Shown here: one piece after another, positions 36,314-45,654 of the stretch | Position numbering within the stretch: position 1 is the stretch's first letter | Layout of the letters: each line of letters starts with the position of its first letter | Source: an uncultured Verrucomicrobiota bacterium | Lineage (GTDB): Bacteria; Verrucomicrobiota; Verrucomicrobiia; Limisphaerales; UBA8199 | Assembly: GCA_964653485.1 (NCBI GenBank) | Contig: CAZZFF010000004.1 | Location: 26,069-90,068 of the forward strand | Reading direction: 5' to 3' | DNA length: 64,000 nt | Notes under the pieces: generated by a model | Databases searched by the model: none | What the model was told of the DNA's origin: nothing | Seen by the model: the letters and a program-made list of their open reading frames with translations, nothing else | Position numbers and translations under genes: made by a program

Positions 36314-37330
36314 TTAAGCGGCCTGGAGCCTGCATGCGTTGGCAGAGATGCCGGTGGCGCGCTCGATGGCGGCGATGACGAGGGCGGGGCATAGCGCGGC
36401 TTCCTGGTAGCCAATCAGCGAATGGTAGAACCTCGGCAGGGTGCTCCGCCAAGGATCACCCCCCACCTCCCTTGGCACCAAGGCGATGAGGGGGACAGAT
36501 GCGGCCCCAGCGAGGTGCAGTGTGCCCGTATCGATAGAGACAACGCAAAGGGCGGCGTCCATAATCGGCAGCAGATCGAGCAAGCTGGACACCCTCAACG
36601 ACCCAATATCCAGGATGCGGCCCGGAAACGCCCGTCGTAGTTCGTCGAGGAGCCGCGGCCCATCGGCGAAGGGGGCCGTTATGGCTGACGTGACGTTGAC
36701 AACGATCTTTGGCTGGCCCGGATGCTTTTCACGGCGGGCGATGTCCAGCCGCCATGCGGGGTCCCCGAAATGCGGCAAGAATCCAGCCAGCCACCACATC
36801 TCAGTTGTCCAATGACTCGTCGCTTTCGGGCTTTCCAGCGTGTCCAGGTGACAGCGAACCACCTGTTTAAACTCGCGCTTCGCCGCGGCCATAGCTTCGA
36901 TCATGTGGCACCTGTTGACGGGAGACCTGAAGAGTTGGACGTAGGGTATCCGCTCATCGAACAGGTCTTCACACAGCTCGGGCACGGACATCCAGACGCG
37001 CAACCCCTGGTCATGGAGGTGCTTGGCGACCGGTAAAATGTTCAGCATGTCCCCGCGGTGTCCGGGCGTCACCATGCAGACATCACCCTCCGTGAATGGC
37101 TGCTGGCTCGATGCGCGCTGAGGGCGCGGGGAAAAGCAACCCCCGCGCCCAATATGCAAGGTCGCAATCTCACGCCCATGCGGCTGCACGTGGAGGGGGA
37201 TCGCGACGCCGGCGCGGCGGCACCGCACGAGGCTCTCATGCGAGCTGACCAGCGCCGCATCGTGCCGATTCAGCGCCGCCACCGCTTCGGGTGTCAGTTC
37301 CGACCCGTTGACTATGCCAAGCTTGATCAT
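36314..37330 (-). CDS. GT9-like glycosyltransferase (heptosyltransferase family)
   Basis: The C-terminal SIDTGTLHLAGAASVPLIALVP matches the GT9 D(S/T)GxxHLAAAxGxPxxxLF motif. The MIKLGIV start at 37330 forms an ATGA overlap with the upstream tail-module gene. Confidence 0.55.
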   Translation of the reverse strand: MIKLGIVNGSELTPEAVAALNRHDAALVSSHESLVRCRRAGVAIPLHVQPHGREIATLHIGRGGCFSPRPQRASSQQPFTEGDVCMVTPGHRGDMLNILPVAKHLHDQGLRVWMSVPELCEDLFDERIPYVQLFRSPVNRCHMIEAMAAAKREFKQVVRCHLDTLESPKATSHWTTEMWWLAGFLPHFGDPAWRLDIARREKHPGQPKIVVNVTSAITAPFADGPRLLDELRRAFPGRILDIGSLRVSSLLDLLPIMDAALCVVSIDTGTLHLAGAASVPLIALVPREVGGDPWRSTLPRFYHSLIGYQEAALCPALVIAAIERATGISANACRLQAA

Positions 37331-38190
37331 AAACCGGTTGCCGCCCGCCATTGGTCGAAACCGATGCCCCAAACCTCGAACGTGGCCAGGCCCAAAAAGC
37401 CATCCTCGGTGCTGCCGCTGCCACTCGTCTCGGCGGGGATCAGAACCTCGCGCCAGATGCCGGGCGCGGCTCCAATGGGCGCATCATACACCACGTTCCT
37501 CGGCAAGATGCCGATATAGGCATCCGCTGTCCCCATCGCAACGCCGTCCGCGTAATCATCCCAACCGAAGGCCCCGGAGCTGTTCACGGCCCACAGTTCG
37601 CAGTTCGCCCGGAACCCGGCGCGGTAGCGGTCCAGCTTGTAACGCCCGCGATAGGCATAGGTCATCGATTCGTAGCCGCCCACGTAGCCCTCGAAATCAG
37701 GGATGCGCGACAACCATCCGGGCAGATATACCCACCAACTCGCCTGGCACAACCGGAAGAAGTACTGCCGCGCGTTAATGGTGTCGCCTGGGGTGTTGGG
37801 ATAGCTGCCGACGCATCGCGCCGCATCCGAGAGCCACATCACGCTCTCGCCGCTCGGCGCGCTCGCCGTTCCGCCGCCGGCGGCGCCGCCCGGCCAGTAA
37901 TTGTAGCCTCCGCTGGGCGTCGCCCCATAGGTGTCCACACCGTACACGAGCGGGCAAGGGGGCGCGGGGTCGTAGTCATAATTCGGCGCGCTCGGATAAA
38001 TGGCATCAGCCCACGTGAGCGCCTGCACGCCGGAGATCGCCCCCCAGGCATCCTCCCCAGCCCCATATCCTCCGGTCCCATAGCTCAGCGATTGCCCCGC
38101 CTCGACAATTGGCCCGGTCGGCGCGCCACTCCATTCACGGCATGGGCTGATGACGAGCTCTTTGGCCGGAGATTGGGCGGGCGTGTTCAT
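37327..38190 (-). CDS. Hypothetical phage tail-module protein
   Basis: 287 aa, Gly/Tyr/Trp-rich. It starts 2 nt after the 38193 gene and overlaps the GT9 gene. Confidence 0.45.
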   Translation of the reverse strand: MNTPAQSPAKELVISPCREWSGAPTGPIVEAGQSLSYGTGGYGAGEDAWGAISGVQALTWADAIYPSAPNYDYDPAPPCPLVYGVDTYGATPSGGYNYWPGGAAGGGTASAPSGESVMWLSDAARCVGSYPNTPGDTINARQYFFRLCQASWWVYLPGWLSRIPDFEGYVGGYESMTYAYRGRYKLDRYRAGFRANCELWAVNSSGAFGWDDYADGVAMGTADAYIGILPRNVVYDAPIGAAPGIWREVLIPAETSGSGSTEDGFLGLATFEVWGIGFDQWRAATGL

Positions 38191-38192
38191 GC

Positions 38193-40877
38193 TCAGCTTG
38201 CGACCGCCGTCCAGTTCCGGGACTCGCCGGCGATGATGAAGTTGATGGGGTTGCCGTTGCCGTCATTGACGCCGGTAGCGGCGGGGAGGGCGTAAAAGAT
38301 GTCGCCGACAAGCCATTCCGGAGATACGACCTCAGCCTCGCTGTTTCCGATACCTGGGCCGCTGGCACCCGTCTTCACGCGCAGGATGTTGTTGGCGTCG
38401 GGGCCGGCACTGTAGCTGAGGCTGTAAACCGTGCCGTCCGCCCCGGTTTCAGCAGTGCGGCTATTCCGCAGCTTCCAGTTCTTTGCCACGTAAATGTCAG
38501 CCTGGTAGGTGATCGTGCCCGTCGCCGGGCTGGCTGTGCCGCTGGGAACGGCGTAAGCGAACGTCGAGGGACCGGTGACGGTGGCGCTGAACGTGCCGTT
38601 GTAAGCGCTTGGGGTGGCACCGGTGATTTTGGCGTGGACGATGGCGCCGGTGGCAAGGCAATGCGGCTCGGCGGTCGTCACGGTCGCCGTCGTGCCGCTG
38701 GACAGGATCGAGCTCACGAGCGCCGGCGCCAGCCATGCCGTCACATAGTCACCCTGGACACTCTGGAGAGTCATTTCAGCCAGGGTTTCCATGCCGCCGC
38801 CGCCCAGCCAGAGGTCGTCCGCCCCATCGGCACCAAAGTCAGGTGGGTCCGGGATGCCTGCGGCGCGGAGCATCCAGGAGCATTTGCCCGCGCCATTTCG
38901 GGCATCGGTGTAATGGACGCGGCCGATGCGCAGGGTTTGGCCCTCGGCATCGGATAATCTCTGAAGGATTTGGCCGATCGGGTTGCCGGCGCCATCGGTG
39001 CCGAGGACTCCGCCGGCGGTGTCAAGGCGCAGGATCGAAATCAACTCGTTTTGGGCGTCGCTGGCGATCTGGGTTACCCCGTTTGGGTTCCCGCTGGTCG
39101 TGCCCTGGTCGTAAGTCGCGGCCTGGAGCGCATAGTTGGCCAGGCCGTGCTGAGTATTTTCCTTTGCGGTCGCGCTTCCGAGGCCCACGTCGTTGCAGCC
39201 GGCCGCCTGGCCGGTTGAGCGCCCGCTGGGCATATTATATACGGTGCGCCACCGGGAGCATCGCGCCAACTCGATCAGTTCCGGGGCATCCAGACGCGCG
39301 CTTGGCGCGTAGGCGACGGTCAAGAGGCCGAGGTGCGGGACGGCGCGGACCGTTTGCACCAGGAGATTGGGGTAGGTGTTGGCTGGCCCGGCCAGGGTCA
39401 GCGTATTGCCCACGCCGATGCCGCTCCGCACCTGGCCGGCCACGAACTCCACCGAGCCGGAGTATTGCAGGGTTGCCAGGCTGGCATAGAGCGCCTGGGC
39501 AACGCCTGTGGGGACGGCCTCGCCGGGGTCGAAGAAAGTCACCGTGCGATAGGTCTGGCTCAGGGCGTTGGTCAAGGTCACTCGTTGGCTCACCGGGCGC
39601 GACTGGACGGTGGCGTTGGGCTGTTTGTGAGCAGCGTCCGCGTAGCGGCAAAAGCTCACGTTGGCCGTGACGGTGGCGTCGGTCCATTGCACGCCCATCC
39701 AATTGGACAATTGTCCCTTGACCAGGGTATTCGGATACGCCGCCAGGTCCACCGGGCTGCCCGAGGAGTCGGTCACCACAGCGGCATCCACCTGGATGCT
39801 GGCCGGGTCAATGTTCGGGTCGCTCAGCGTATTGTCCGCCGCCAGCCACCAGCTCAGCCGATCCGAAGCCGTGGCCGAAACGGCCAACGCGACAGGGACC
39901 ACCTGGACTGCCACGTCCGTCCGGGAGACCTGCGATCCGTCCAGTTCGACAAAATGCCTCGAACAATTGGGCGTGTAATCCGTTACCCCCGGCGGATAGA
40001 TGTCATAATAAAACTGCGGCCATGCGAAGCCATTGAAGACGTTGGTCTGTTTGTATTCGATGACGACGCCCGCCAGTTGGCGTTCGCACCGCGGCGCCAG
40101 CTCGACCTGCCGCTCCTGCTCCGCCGTAATGGTGGCGATCACGGGCGTCAGGGCCGCCAAAGCTCGCGCGTTGAACGTGGGTGGAGAGGTGGTGTAATCA
40201 AACCAGCAGACGACGTCCGGCGACCACCGGAGCACACTGACGAGCGCCTCGGCGCAGAAAACATTGGCCGCCCTGGTTTTTGGGAAGTTTACCGCGGGGT
40301 CAATCGCGCCGATCCGGATTGCGTCCTGGGCGTCGTCCCGGCCGGTCGTCGCACCCTGCTTTGTCGGGTTGTAGCATTCATTGACCCAGTTGAGAATCTC
40401 GACGATTTGCTCGCCGTTGGTCTGCCAGGTTTCATCGGCCTTTTCGCCCAGATAGACCTCGGGCGTGTTGATGGTCCTGAGCGTCGCTCCCGAGGCGGGC
40501 AGGCCGGGAGAGGCCCATCCGTTGAAGACGCTTCGGCCCTGCATGAATTCGAGCCGTTCGAGGAGCCACCAGGGACCGTAGATCGAGTATTGAATACTCT
40601 GGCGGCCCTGGACATTCAGCCGCTTCGTGTCGCCCACATAGCCCTGGAAGAAAACCGTTCCTCCGGTGTAGCTGACCGGGCTGCCCGAACCCGTGCGGTC
40701 ACGCCAGAGGGTGATGGACGCGCCCCAGGCAAACTGGGGTGGGCCGGCATCGAGGGCCTCGATTGAGCGCATCGTGGCCGAGTCGCGGCCTTTGTTGAGC
40801 AGTTCAACGGTGAAATCAGCGCACAAGCCCCAGTCGCCCAGGGCCTTCTCCACACCGCTATAAACGAGGGTCCACAT
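38193..40877 (-). CDS. Large phage tail protein (hub/host-specificity-like)
   Basis: ~894 aa from ATG 40877 (MWTLVYSG; the track start is TTG 40883). Size, beta-rich composition and position within the tail module support the call. The family assignment is inference only. Confidence 0.45.
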   Translation of the reverse strand: MWTLVYSGVEKALGDWGLCADFTVELLNKGRDSATMRSIEALDAGPPQFAWGASITLWRDRTGSGSPVSYTGGTVFFQGYVGDTKRLNVQGRQSIQYSIYGPWWLLERLEFMQGRSVFNGWASPGLPASGATLRTINTPEVYLGEKADETWQTNGEQIVEILNWVNECYNPTKQGATTGRDDAQDAIRIGAIDPAVNFPKTRAANVFCAEALVSVLRWSPDVVCWFDYTTSPPTFNARALAALTPVIATITAEQERQVELAPRCERQLAGVVIEYKQTNVFNGFAWPQFYYDIYPPGVTDYTPNCSRHFVELDGSQVSRTDVAVQVVPVALAVSATASDRLSWWLAADNTLSDPNIDPASIQVDAAVVTDSSGSPVDLAAYPNTLVKGQLSNWMGVQWTDATVTANVSFCRYADAAHKQPNATVQSRPVSQRVTLTNALSQTYRTVTFFDPGEAVPTGVAQALYASLATLQYSGSVEFVAGQVRSGIGVGNTLTLAGPANTYPNLLVQTVRAVPHLGLLTVAYAPSARLDAPELIELARCSRWRTVYNMPSGRSTGQAAGCNDVGLGSATAKENTQHGLANYALQAATYDQGTTSGNPNGVTQIASDAQNELISILRLDTAGGVLGTDGAGNPIGQILQRLSDAEGQTLRIGRVHYTDARNGAGKCSWMLRAAGIPDPPDFGADGADDLWLGGGGMETLAEMTLQSVQGDYVTAWLAPALVSSILSSGTTATVTTAEPHCLATGAIVHAKITGATPSAYNGTFSATVTGPSTFAYAVPSGTASPATGTITYQADIYVAKNWKLRNSRTAETGADGTVYSLSYSAGPDANNILRVKTGASGPGIGNSEAEVVSPEWLVGDIFYALPAATGVNDGNGNPINFIIAGESRNWTAVAS

Positions 40878-40880
40878 AGT

Positions 40881-40961
40881 CAAAAGGCAAAAGGAAGAGG
40901 GCGGAAAGAGGAACGCTGTGCGGTGCTGGTGTCATTTGAGTCTTTAGCATTCATCCTTTCA
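40881..40961. repeat. Heptamer-period tandem repeats in a phage intergenic spacer
   Basis: caaaagg/caaaagg/aagaggg/cggaaag/aggaacg (40881-40915) and tctttag/cattcat/cctttca (40941-40961). Confidence 0.7.
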
Positions 40962-41849
40962 TGGAATCTGCGTCGAGCGCGCCCAGGCAGCCATCTGCTG
41001 CGCCATTGCGGCCTGTTCGCCCTGGAGTTGCGCCTGCCGGGCAATCACCGTCCTCATCAGGCCGACCATTCCATCCACGGTCCTGGAGGCGCCGCTAATC
41101 ACATCCACCGCCTGCTTCAGCGCATTTACGTGTCTGTCCTGCATCTTGCCTATTTCCACCAGCAGCGCCTTGATTGCAGGGTCCACACGGTCCTGAGCGG
41201 ACGACAAGTCCCGGTCCTGTGCCGCCCATGCCTGTCCTGAGCCCGTCGCGGCTTGGACCGTCTGGCTGGAGTCGGCACCGACGGCCGCTCGATTCCGGGT
41301 CCCAAGGGCGCCTGGAGGCACAGCCTGCGTTGCCGCGGCCACCGGGCTTCGAGCCGGCGGCCTGGCCGCTGTGGCCAAGGGAGATTCCCCTGTCGCGCCC
41401 GTCTTTGCCTCGGACGCCGCGAAGTGCGCCGCTGCCAGATCACGCTCAACCGCCCCTGCGCGTCGGTCGGCTCCAGGCAGCCGCCACACGTCCATTCGCC
41501 TTGCCCTGGCATCGCGGGCCGCGATTTCGGGTCCTATCGCCCACTCCTGGGCCGCGTCAGAGGCCGTGTTGCCGGCTGCCGGTGGTTTGCTTTCCGGGTC
41601 CTTTGAGGGCCGCGTGAACTCCTCATGCAAACGTTGACTCCATTGTTCGCACGCCTTTTGCGCGTCCTCGGCCCCCCGAGCCATCCCTTGGAGCGACTCG
41701 GCAATACTTGCGTCACCGGCCGTGCTGTCAAAGACACGCTGCAACCTCCGGGCTGCGTCGCTCGTCTGGTTCAGGGCCGCCGCGGCAAGCTTGCCTCCGG
41801 GTGTGTCGGCCGTCGTCTCGATCCGGACCTCAAGGCTTTGGTTAGGCAT
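40959..41849 (-). CDS. Ala/Gln-rich helical phage protein (possible short tape-measure or internal protein)
   Basis: 296 aa with low-complexity helical ends (QAQLQGEQAAMAQQMAAW), located between the fibre and hub genes. Confidence 0.4.
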   Translation of the reverse strand: MPNQSLEVRIETTADTPGGKLAAAALNQTSDAARRLQRVFDSTAGDASIAESLQGMARGAEDAQKACEQWSQRLHEEFTRPSKDPESKPPAAGNTASDAAQEWAIGPEIAARDARARRMDVWRLPGADRRAGAVERDLAAAHFAASEAKTGATGESPLATAARPPARSPVAAATQAVPPGALGTRNRAAVGADSSQTVQAATGSGQAWAAQDRDLSSAQDRVDPAIKALLVEIGKMQDRHVNALKQAVDVISGASRTVDGMVGLMRTVIARQAQLQGEQAAMAQQMAAWARSTQIP

Positions 41850-41876
41850 ATAAAAAGGAGAGGGCGAGGAGACTCT

Positions 41877-44800
41877 TCATTTGAGGCCGAGGAAGGTGCA
41901 GTTCGTGAATGAATTGCCGTACTGGATGAACGTGAATGCCGCCAGATTTGTCACGCTGAGCGTCCCTTGACTGCTGATGCTCGCAGGGAGAGTGCCAATG
42001 ATTGGCGAGCCGCTGCTATTGGTCACAAGGCAGACGCATGTGTTGACGGCCGAGAGATTGGCATTGATCGGCGCGCTGAAGGTGAAGCCGGCGGACGCAC
42101 TGTAAAGCGTATATGGCTTCTGGAAGTTCGGAATGAGGCTGCCGGCATTAGTCGGCCAATAAAGCGAGTTCGGGTTCAGGTTTGTAAGCCCAGCGCCGCT
42201 GCCAATGTAGTTGGTGCTGGCAATGGTGCCATCCGGCCCCACAATTGTCGTCCCGTTGGTCGCAGCAATTCCGTTGGTAAACACGGGCATGGTCCTGGAC
42301 GCCCAATCAACCAGGATCGTTCCGAGGCCGCCACCATACAGATGTGCCACATCCGCCGCTGAAATCGCTGTGGAGTAGAGTCTGACATCGGCGACCAAAC
42401 AGGTGCTGTACAGGGCATCTGTAATATCGGCGCCGCATACAAATGACCCAAGTTGCGCCGCAGAATCGAGACTCCCGGGAGGACTGCCGGTGTTCACGGT
42501 GACGGTCTGGGCTTGGCCATCCGTGTACATCGCCACCCTCCCCCACCCCGACTGCGTGCCGTCAAACACGAGGGCAAAGTGGTGCCACAAGCCGTCTTTA
42601 GTGTACGGAATGAAGCCGGTTGCACTCCCGCTGTCGCAGATCAGATAAATGGTTGAGCCACCGTCGTAAGTGAGGAAGCGATGACCCGACGCACTGAAAC
42701 CGACGTAAGGGATTTTCCCTCCCGATGAGACGTTGAACCAGAATGCGATCGTCAAACCACTGCCGCCTCCTACCAAACCGGCGACGCTGCCAGAGCACTG
42801 ACCATACTGAGAACTCGTGCCCACCAATTGCAGCGACCTGCCGAGTGCCGCCGGCGCCGAGGATGACCACGCCGGCGCCCCGTAGAGCGCCATCGCATTA
42901 CCGTTGCCAGACTTGTCCAGCGCCGTCGCCCCGCTCCCATCATTGAGGGGCCACCACCCTGCGGGCGCCGGCCATACACCAGCGAATGAAGGCCAGATCA
43001 GCGATTCCCCAAGGCCGCTAAACGCGACACTGGCAAGAGAGTTCGTCGCTGCTTTGACGGCGTTGGTCGCGCCGATGAGCGTCTCGATGGCGCTGCCGTC
43101 CGAGGTGCTCAGGGCGACCGTGCCGCTGGTCGTGACTGCGCCGCCGGAGGTCAATCCGGGCGCGGAGACATTGACGCTCGTCACCGTGCCACCGCCCCCA
43201 CCCCCGCCACTGGATGCAATCACAAGCTGCCCGGAGTTGGTTGTCACCGTCACGTTCGCTCCAGCTTGGATGGGAAGCAGGCCCCCGTTGAGGTTTGAAA
43301 TGCCGACGCCACTCCCGGCCAAACTGCCTACGTAGGACGGAACCTGCCCCGCGACCGACTGCTTGAGGTCAAGATAATAGGTGGTTCCGTTCACCACCGT
43401 AGGTAGTTGCCCAACCACGATTGGCGCCGCGTTGCCCCCGCGCAGCCCGCTAAAGCGGACCAACCCCGTGGATGAGAGCTCCGTGGACAAGTTGAGCAGG
43501 GACGCGATATAAGCATGACCCGCCGCGCTCGGATGCACATTGTCCGCGGATAACATCGTCGCGCTGTTCCAGCCGGCGCTCACGTCCGTGCATTGGGCCG
43601 CCCCGAAAGCCCCCTCGACCCATGAGGCAAACGCCGCCTGGCTCGCGTATGAATCGGGAATGTTCAGCAGATGATGCGTCGGGATCGACGAGGCCAGCAA
43701 ATTGCTCACGATCAGCACGTAGTTCGTCTCGTAGATCGAGGCGTTGACCCCGGAGTTGAGGTCGTTGCGCCCGATGCACAGCACACATCCCGAAGGCCGG
43801 ATGTAGTTCAAGAGATAAGGCATGCACTGCTCCAACTCCACCGTTCGGTCCCCGGGCCCCGCATAATTCACGTAAGGCACGGACGCCGATTGCGCCGCCA
43901 AGGCCGAAAATCGATTCGTTATAGCCGCGTTCCCGACCGCGTAGCCGACGGTTTTTGAATCGCCCAAAAAGGCCACGCAGTTCGTCGGCGTGAAGGTCGT
44001 CACCTTGATGGACCCAATGTCAATCTCACCAACGTTGTTGAAATTCCAGATCGTGAAATTCCCTGCGTTGGGCATCGAGCTATAAACCCCGCCAACCAGC
44101 GCCGCCAGTTGGTCCGTTACCGAGAGGCTATTGCCATACAACGTACTCAGGTTTGTGCAGCTAATGGTGGCCACGTTGCCCCGCTGACTGAACCTCTCCA
44201 GTATTGGCGTGTTCTGCGCTATGTTAAACGGGTTAAGACCCGACGTCACATACAGATTGGGGCTGCTGCCACTCAGCGTCAGGAAATCAAGATGGCCGAC
44301 AGAATCCAGCATGCCGCACATAGACTCAGAGTACCACGGGTTGATCGTCTTCTTGCCGATGTAAGGAAACCCAGGAGACCAACCGCTCGGAGCGGACCTG
44401 TTCGTCGCGATGATCTCGACGTCGTAATTCTCATCCATGTTCGTCAGCCCAACCAGCGACAAGGTCTGGTTGTAATCATTGACCCCCTGCGGGAACACGA
44501 TGTATCCCCCCGCCGCCACGCTTGGCGTAAAGCCGCTGTAGCTGAAATCTGACAGGTCGCTCCAGTTGGTCTTGTAATAGAGCACTCCGACGCTCCCCGT
44601 GGCCGCCGGTAAAAGCAGCGATGGAATGACCAGCGCCGATGCCGAAGCCACAGCCCCCGCGATGCTCAGGGGGTTAATTCCCCCCGGCGCATTCGTCGGA
44701 AAGGTCCCGAGGGGCGCAAACGCCGTCGCCGGCAGCCCGTTCGTCGCGGTCTGCGCCGCGCCGACTGAATCAAAGGCCGAGGCTGCGGAGTAGGCAGCGG

Positions 44801-45617
44801 ACCCCAGCGCGTTGGTCGCTGCTTTCACCGCATTGGTCGCGCCCGTGAGCGTTTCGACGCCGCTGCCGTCCGCGGTGCTCAGGACGACCGTCCCGCTCGT
44901 CGTGACAGCGCCGCCCGAGGTCAGCCCGGGCGCCGAGACATTGACGCTCGTCACCGTCCCGCCTCCTCCTCCGCCCCCCGTCGCCGCGATGGAGAGTTGC
45001 CCGCCGTTTGTCGAGAGGATGATGTTTGCCCCAGCCTGGATGGGCAGAGCGGCTCCGTTGAGATTGGTGTTGCTCGGGAATAGATTGAGCGTTACCCCGG
45101 CCAGGGCGTTGGTCCACAAGAACGTGTTCTGGCCCTCAACCCCGCGCTTTGGAATAGCGGCGGCGTTCACCGCGTTCGTCGTGTATGGGACCGTGATCGT
45201 CCATGCCTGCCCGATCCCCTCGATAACCACTCGGTAATCACCCGGCATCAAGTTGGTTGCCGCCACCCCGCCGACCGGCTGAAGCGTGATCGGCAGGCCG
45301 GCATACAGGGACTCGGAATCCGAGAACAGCGGGTCCAGCGCGGTGACGGTGATGGGGTTATTGAGCACCTGGCCCGTAAAGTTGTAGGTCGAGAAGAGCA
45401 CCGCCGTCTGAGCGGCAGGGGACAGAGGACAGAGCACAGAGCACAGAAGGAGCGAGATTACCAATAACCATTTTTCAATTCTCAATTCCCGATTTCCGGG
45501 TGCGCATGATTGAGAATTGAGCATTGCGAACTTGCAATTGGCAATTCTCAATGGCCCATCCCCGCGACCCGCGTAACTTCCGGTTAAAACCATCCGTGTC
45601 ATCGTCTCAGTTTTCAT
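41877..45617 (-). CDS. Tail fibre/spike-like protein with duplicated fibre module, SGNH esterase domain and LamG-like domain
   Basis: Two copies of the module ...LPIQAGAN...GGGGGGGTVTSVNVSAPGLTSGGAVTTSGTV.LST... are present. SGNH blocks are FLGDSKT / IGRNDL / DNVHPS. The C-terminal LNDGSGATALDKSGNGN...LTIAFWF matches a concanavalin/LamG pattern. The N-terminal ~72 codons are built from DNA repeats, and an alternative GTG start lies at 45401. Confidence 0.65.
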   Translation of the reverse strand: MKTETMTRMVLTGSYAGRGDGPLRIANCKFAMLNSQSCAPGNRELRIEKWLLVISLLLCSVLCPLSPAAQTAVLFSTYNFTGQVLNNPITVTALDPLFSDSESLYAGLPITLQPVGGVAATNLMPGDYRVVIEGIGQAWTITVPYTTNAVNAAAIPKRGVEGQNTFLWTNALAGVTLNLFPSNTNLNGAALPIQAGANIILSTNGGQLSIAATGGGGGGGTVTSVNVSAPGLTSGGAVTTSGTVVLSTADGSGVETLTGATNAVKAATNALGSAAYSAASAFDSVGAAQTATNGLPATAFAPLGTFPTNAPGGINPLSIAGAVASASALVIPSLLLPAATGSVGVLYYKTNWSDLSDFSYSGFTPSVAAGGYIVFPQGVNDYNQTLSLVGLTNMDENYDVEIIATNRSAPSGWSPGFPYIGKKTINPWYSESMCGMLDSVGHLDFLTLSGSSPNLYVTSGLNPFNIAQNTPILERFSQRGNVATISCTNLSTLYGNSLSVTDQLAALVGGVYSSMPNAGNFTIWNFNNVGEIDIGSIKVTTFTPTNCVAFLGDSKTVGYAVGNAAITNRFSALAAQSASVPYVNYAGPGDRTVELEQCMPYLLNYIRPSGCVLCIGRNDLNSGVNASIYETNYVLIVSNLLASSIPTHHLLNIPDSYASQAAFASWVEGAFGAAQCTDVSAGWNSATMLSADNVHPSAAGHAYIASLLNLSTELSSTGLVRFSGLRGGNAAPIVVGQLPTVVNGTTYYLDLKQSVAGQVPSYVGSLAGSGVGISNLNGGLLPIQAGANVTVTTNSGQLVIASSGGGGGGGTVTSVNVSAPGLTSGGAVTTSGTVALSTSDGSAIETLIGATNAVKAATNSLASVAFSGLGESLIWPSFAGVWPAPAGWWPLNDGSGATALDKSGNGNAMALYGAPAWSSSAPAALGRSLQLVGTSSQYGQCSGSVAGLVGGGSGLTIAFWFNVSSGGKIPYVGFSASGHRFLTYDGGSTIYLICDSGSATGFIPYTKDGLWHHFALVFDGTQSGWGRVAMYTDGQAQTVTVNTGSPPGSLDSAAQLGSFVCGADITDALYSTCLVADVRLYSTAISAADVAHLYGGGLGTILVDWASRTMPVFTNGIAATNGTTIVGPDGTIASTNYIGSGAGLTNLNPNSLYWPTNAGSLIPNFQKPYTLYSASAGFTFSAPINANLSAVNTCVCLVTNSSGSPIIGTLPASISSQGTLSVTNLAAFTFIQYGNSFTNCTFLGLK
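43034..43310. repeat. Intragenic direct repeat, copy 2 (fibre module)
   Basis: About 270 bp, roughly four-fifths identical by eye to 44806-45075. It shares the exact run gagacattgacgctcgtcaccgt. Confidence 0.8.
44806..45075. repeat. Intragenic direct repeat, copy 1 (fibre module)
   Basis: Partner of 43034-43310. Confidence 0.8.
45421..45448. repeat. Heptamer tandem repeat
   Basis: gacagag/gacagag/cacagag/cacagaa. On the coding strand it is translated as LLLCSVLCPL. Confidence 0.75.
45476..45554. repeat. GAGAATT-type repeats forming an inverted repeat
   Basis: caattctcaatt (45476-87), attgagaattg (45509-19) and caattctcaat (45542-52). The second and third copies are exact reverse complements of each other. 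Confidence 0.7.
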
Positions 45618-45647
45618 AATTCATGATTCATACTTCGTGATTTCTCC
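45613..45647. repeat. Heptamer tandem repeat at the fibre ORF start
   Basis: ttcataa/ttcatga/ttcatac/ttcgtga/tttctcc. Confidence 0.75.
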
Positions 45648-45654
45648 CCGCCCC

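Noticed and set aside
43034-45075. Possibility that the fibre repeats are a DGR template/variable repeat pair
   Set aside because: No reverse transcriptase gene is in the window. Both copies are inside one ORF. The differences between copies are not confined to adenine positions.
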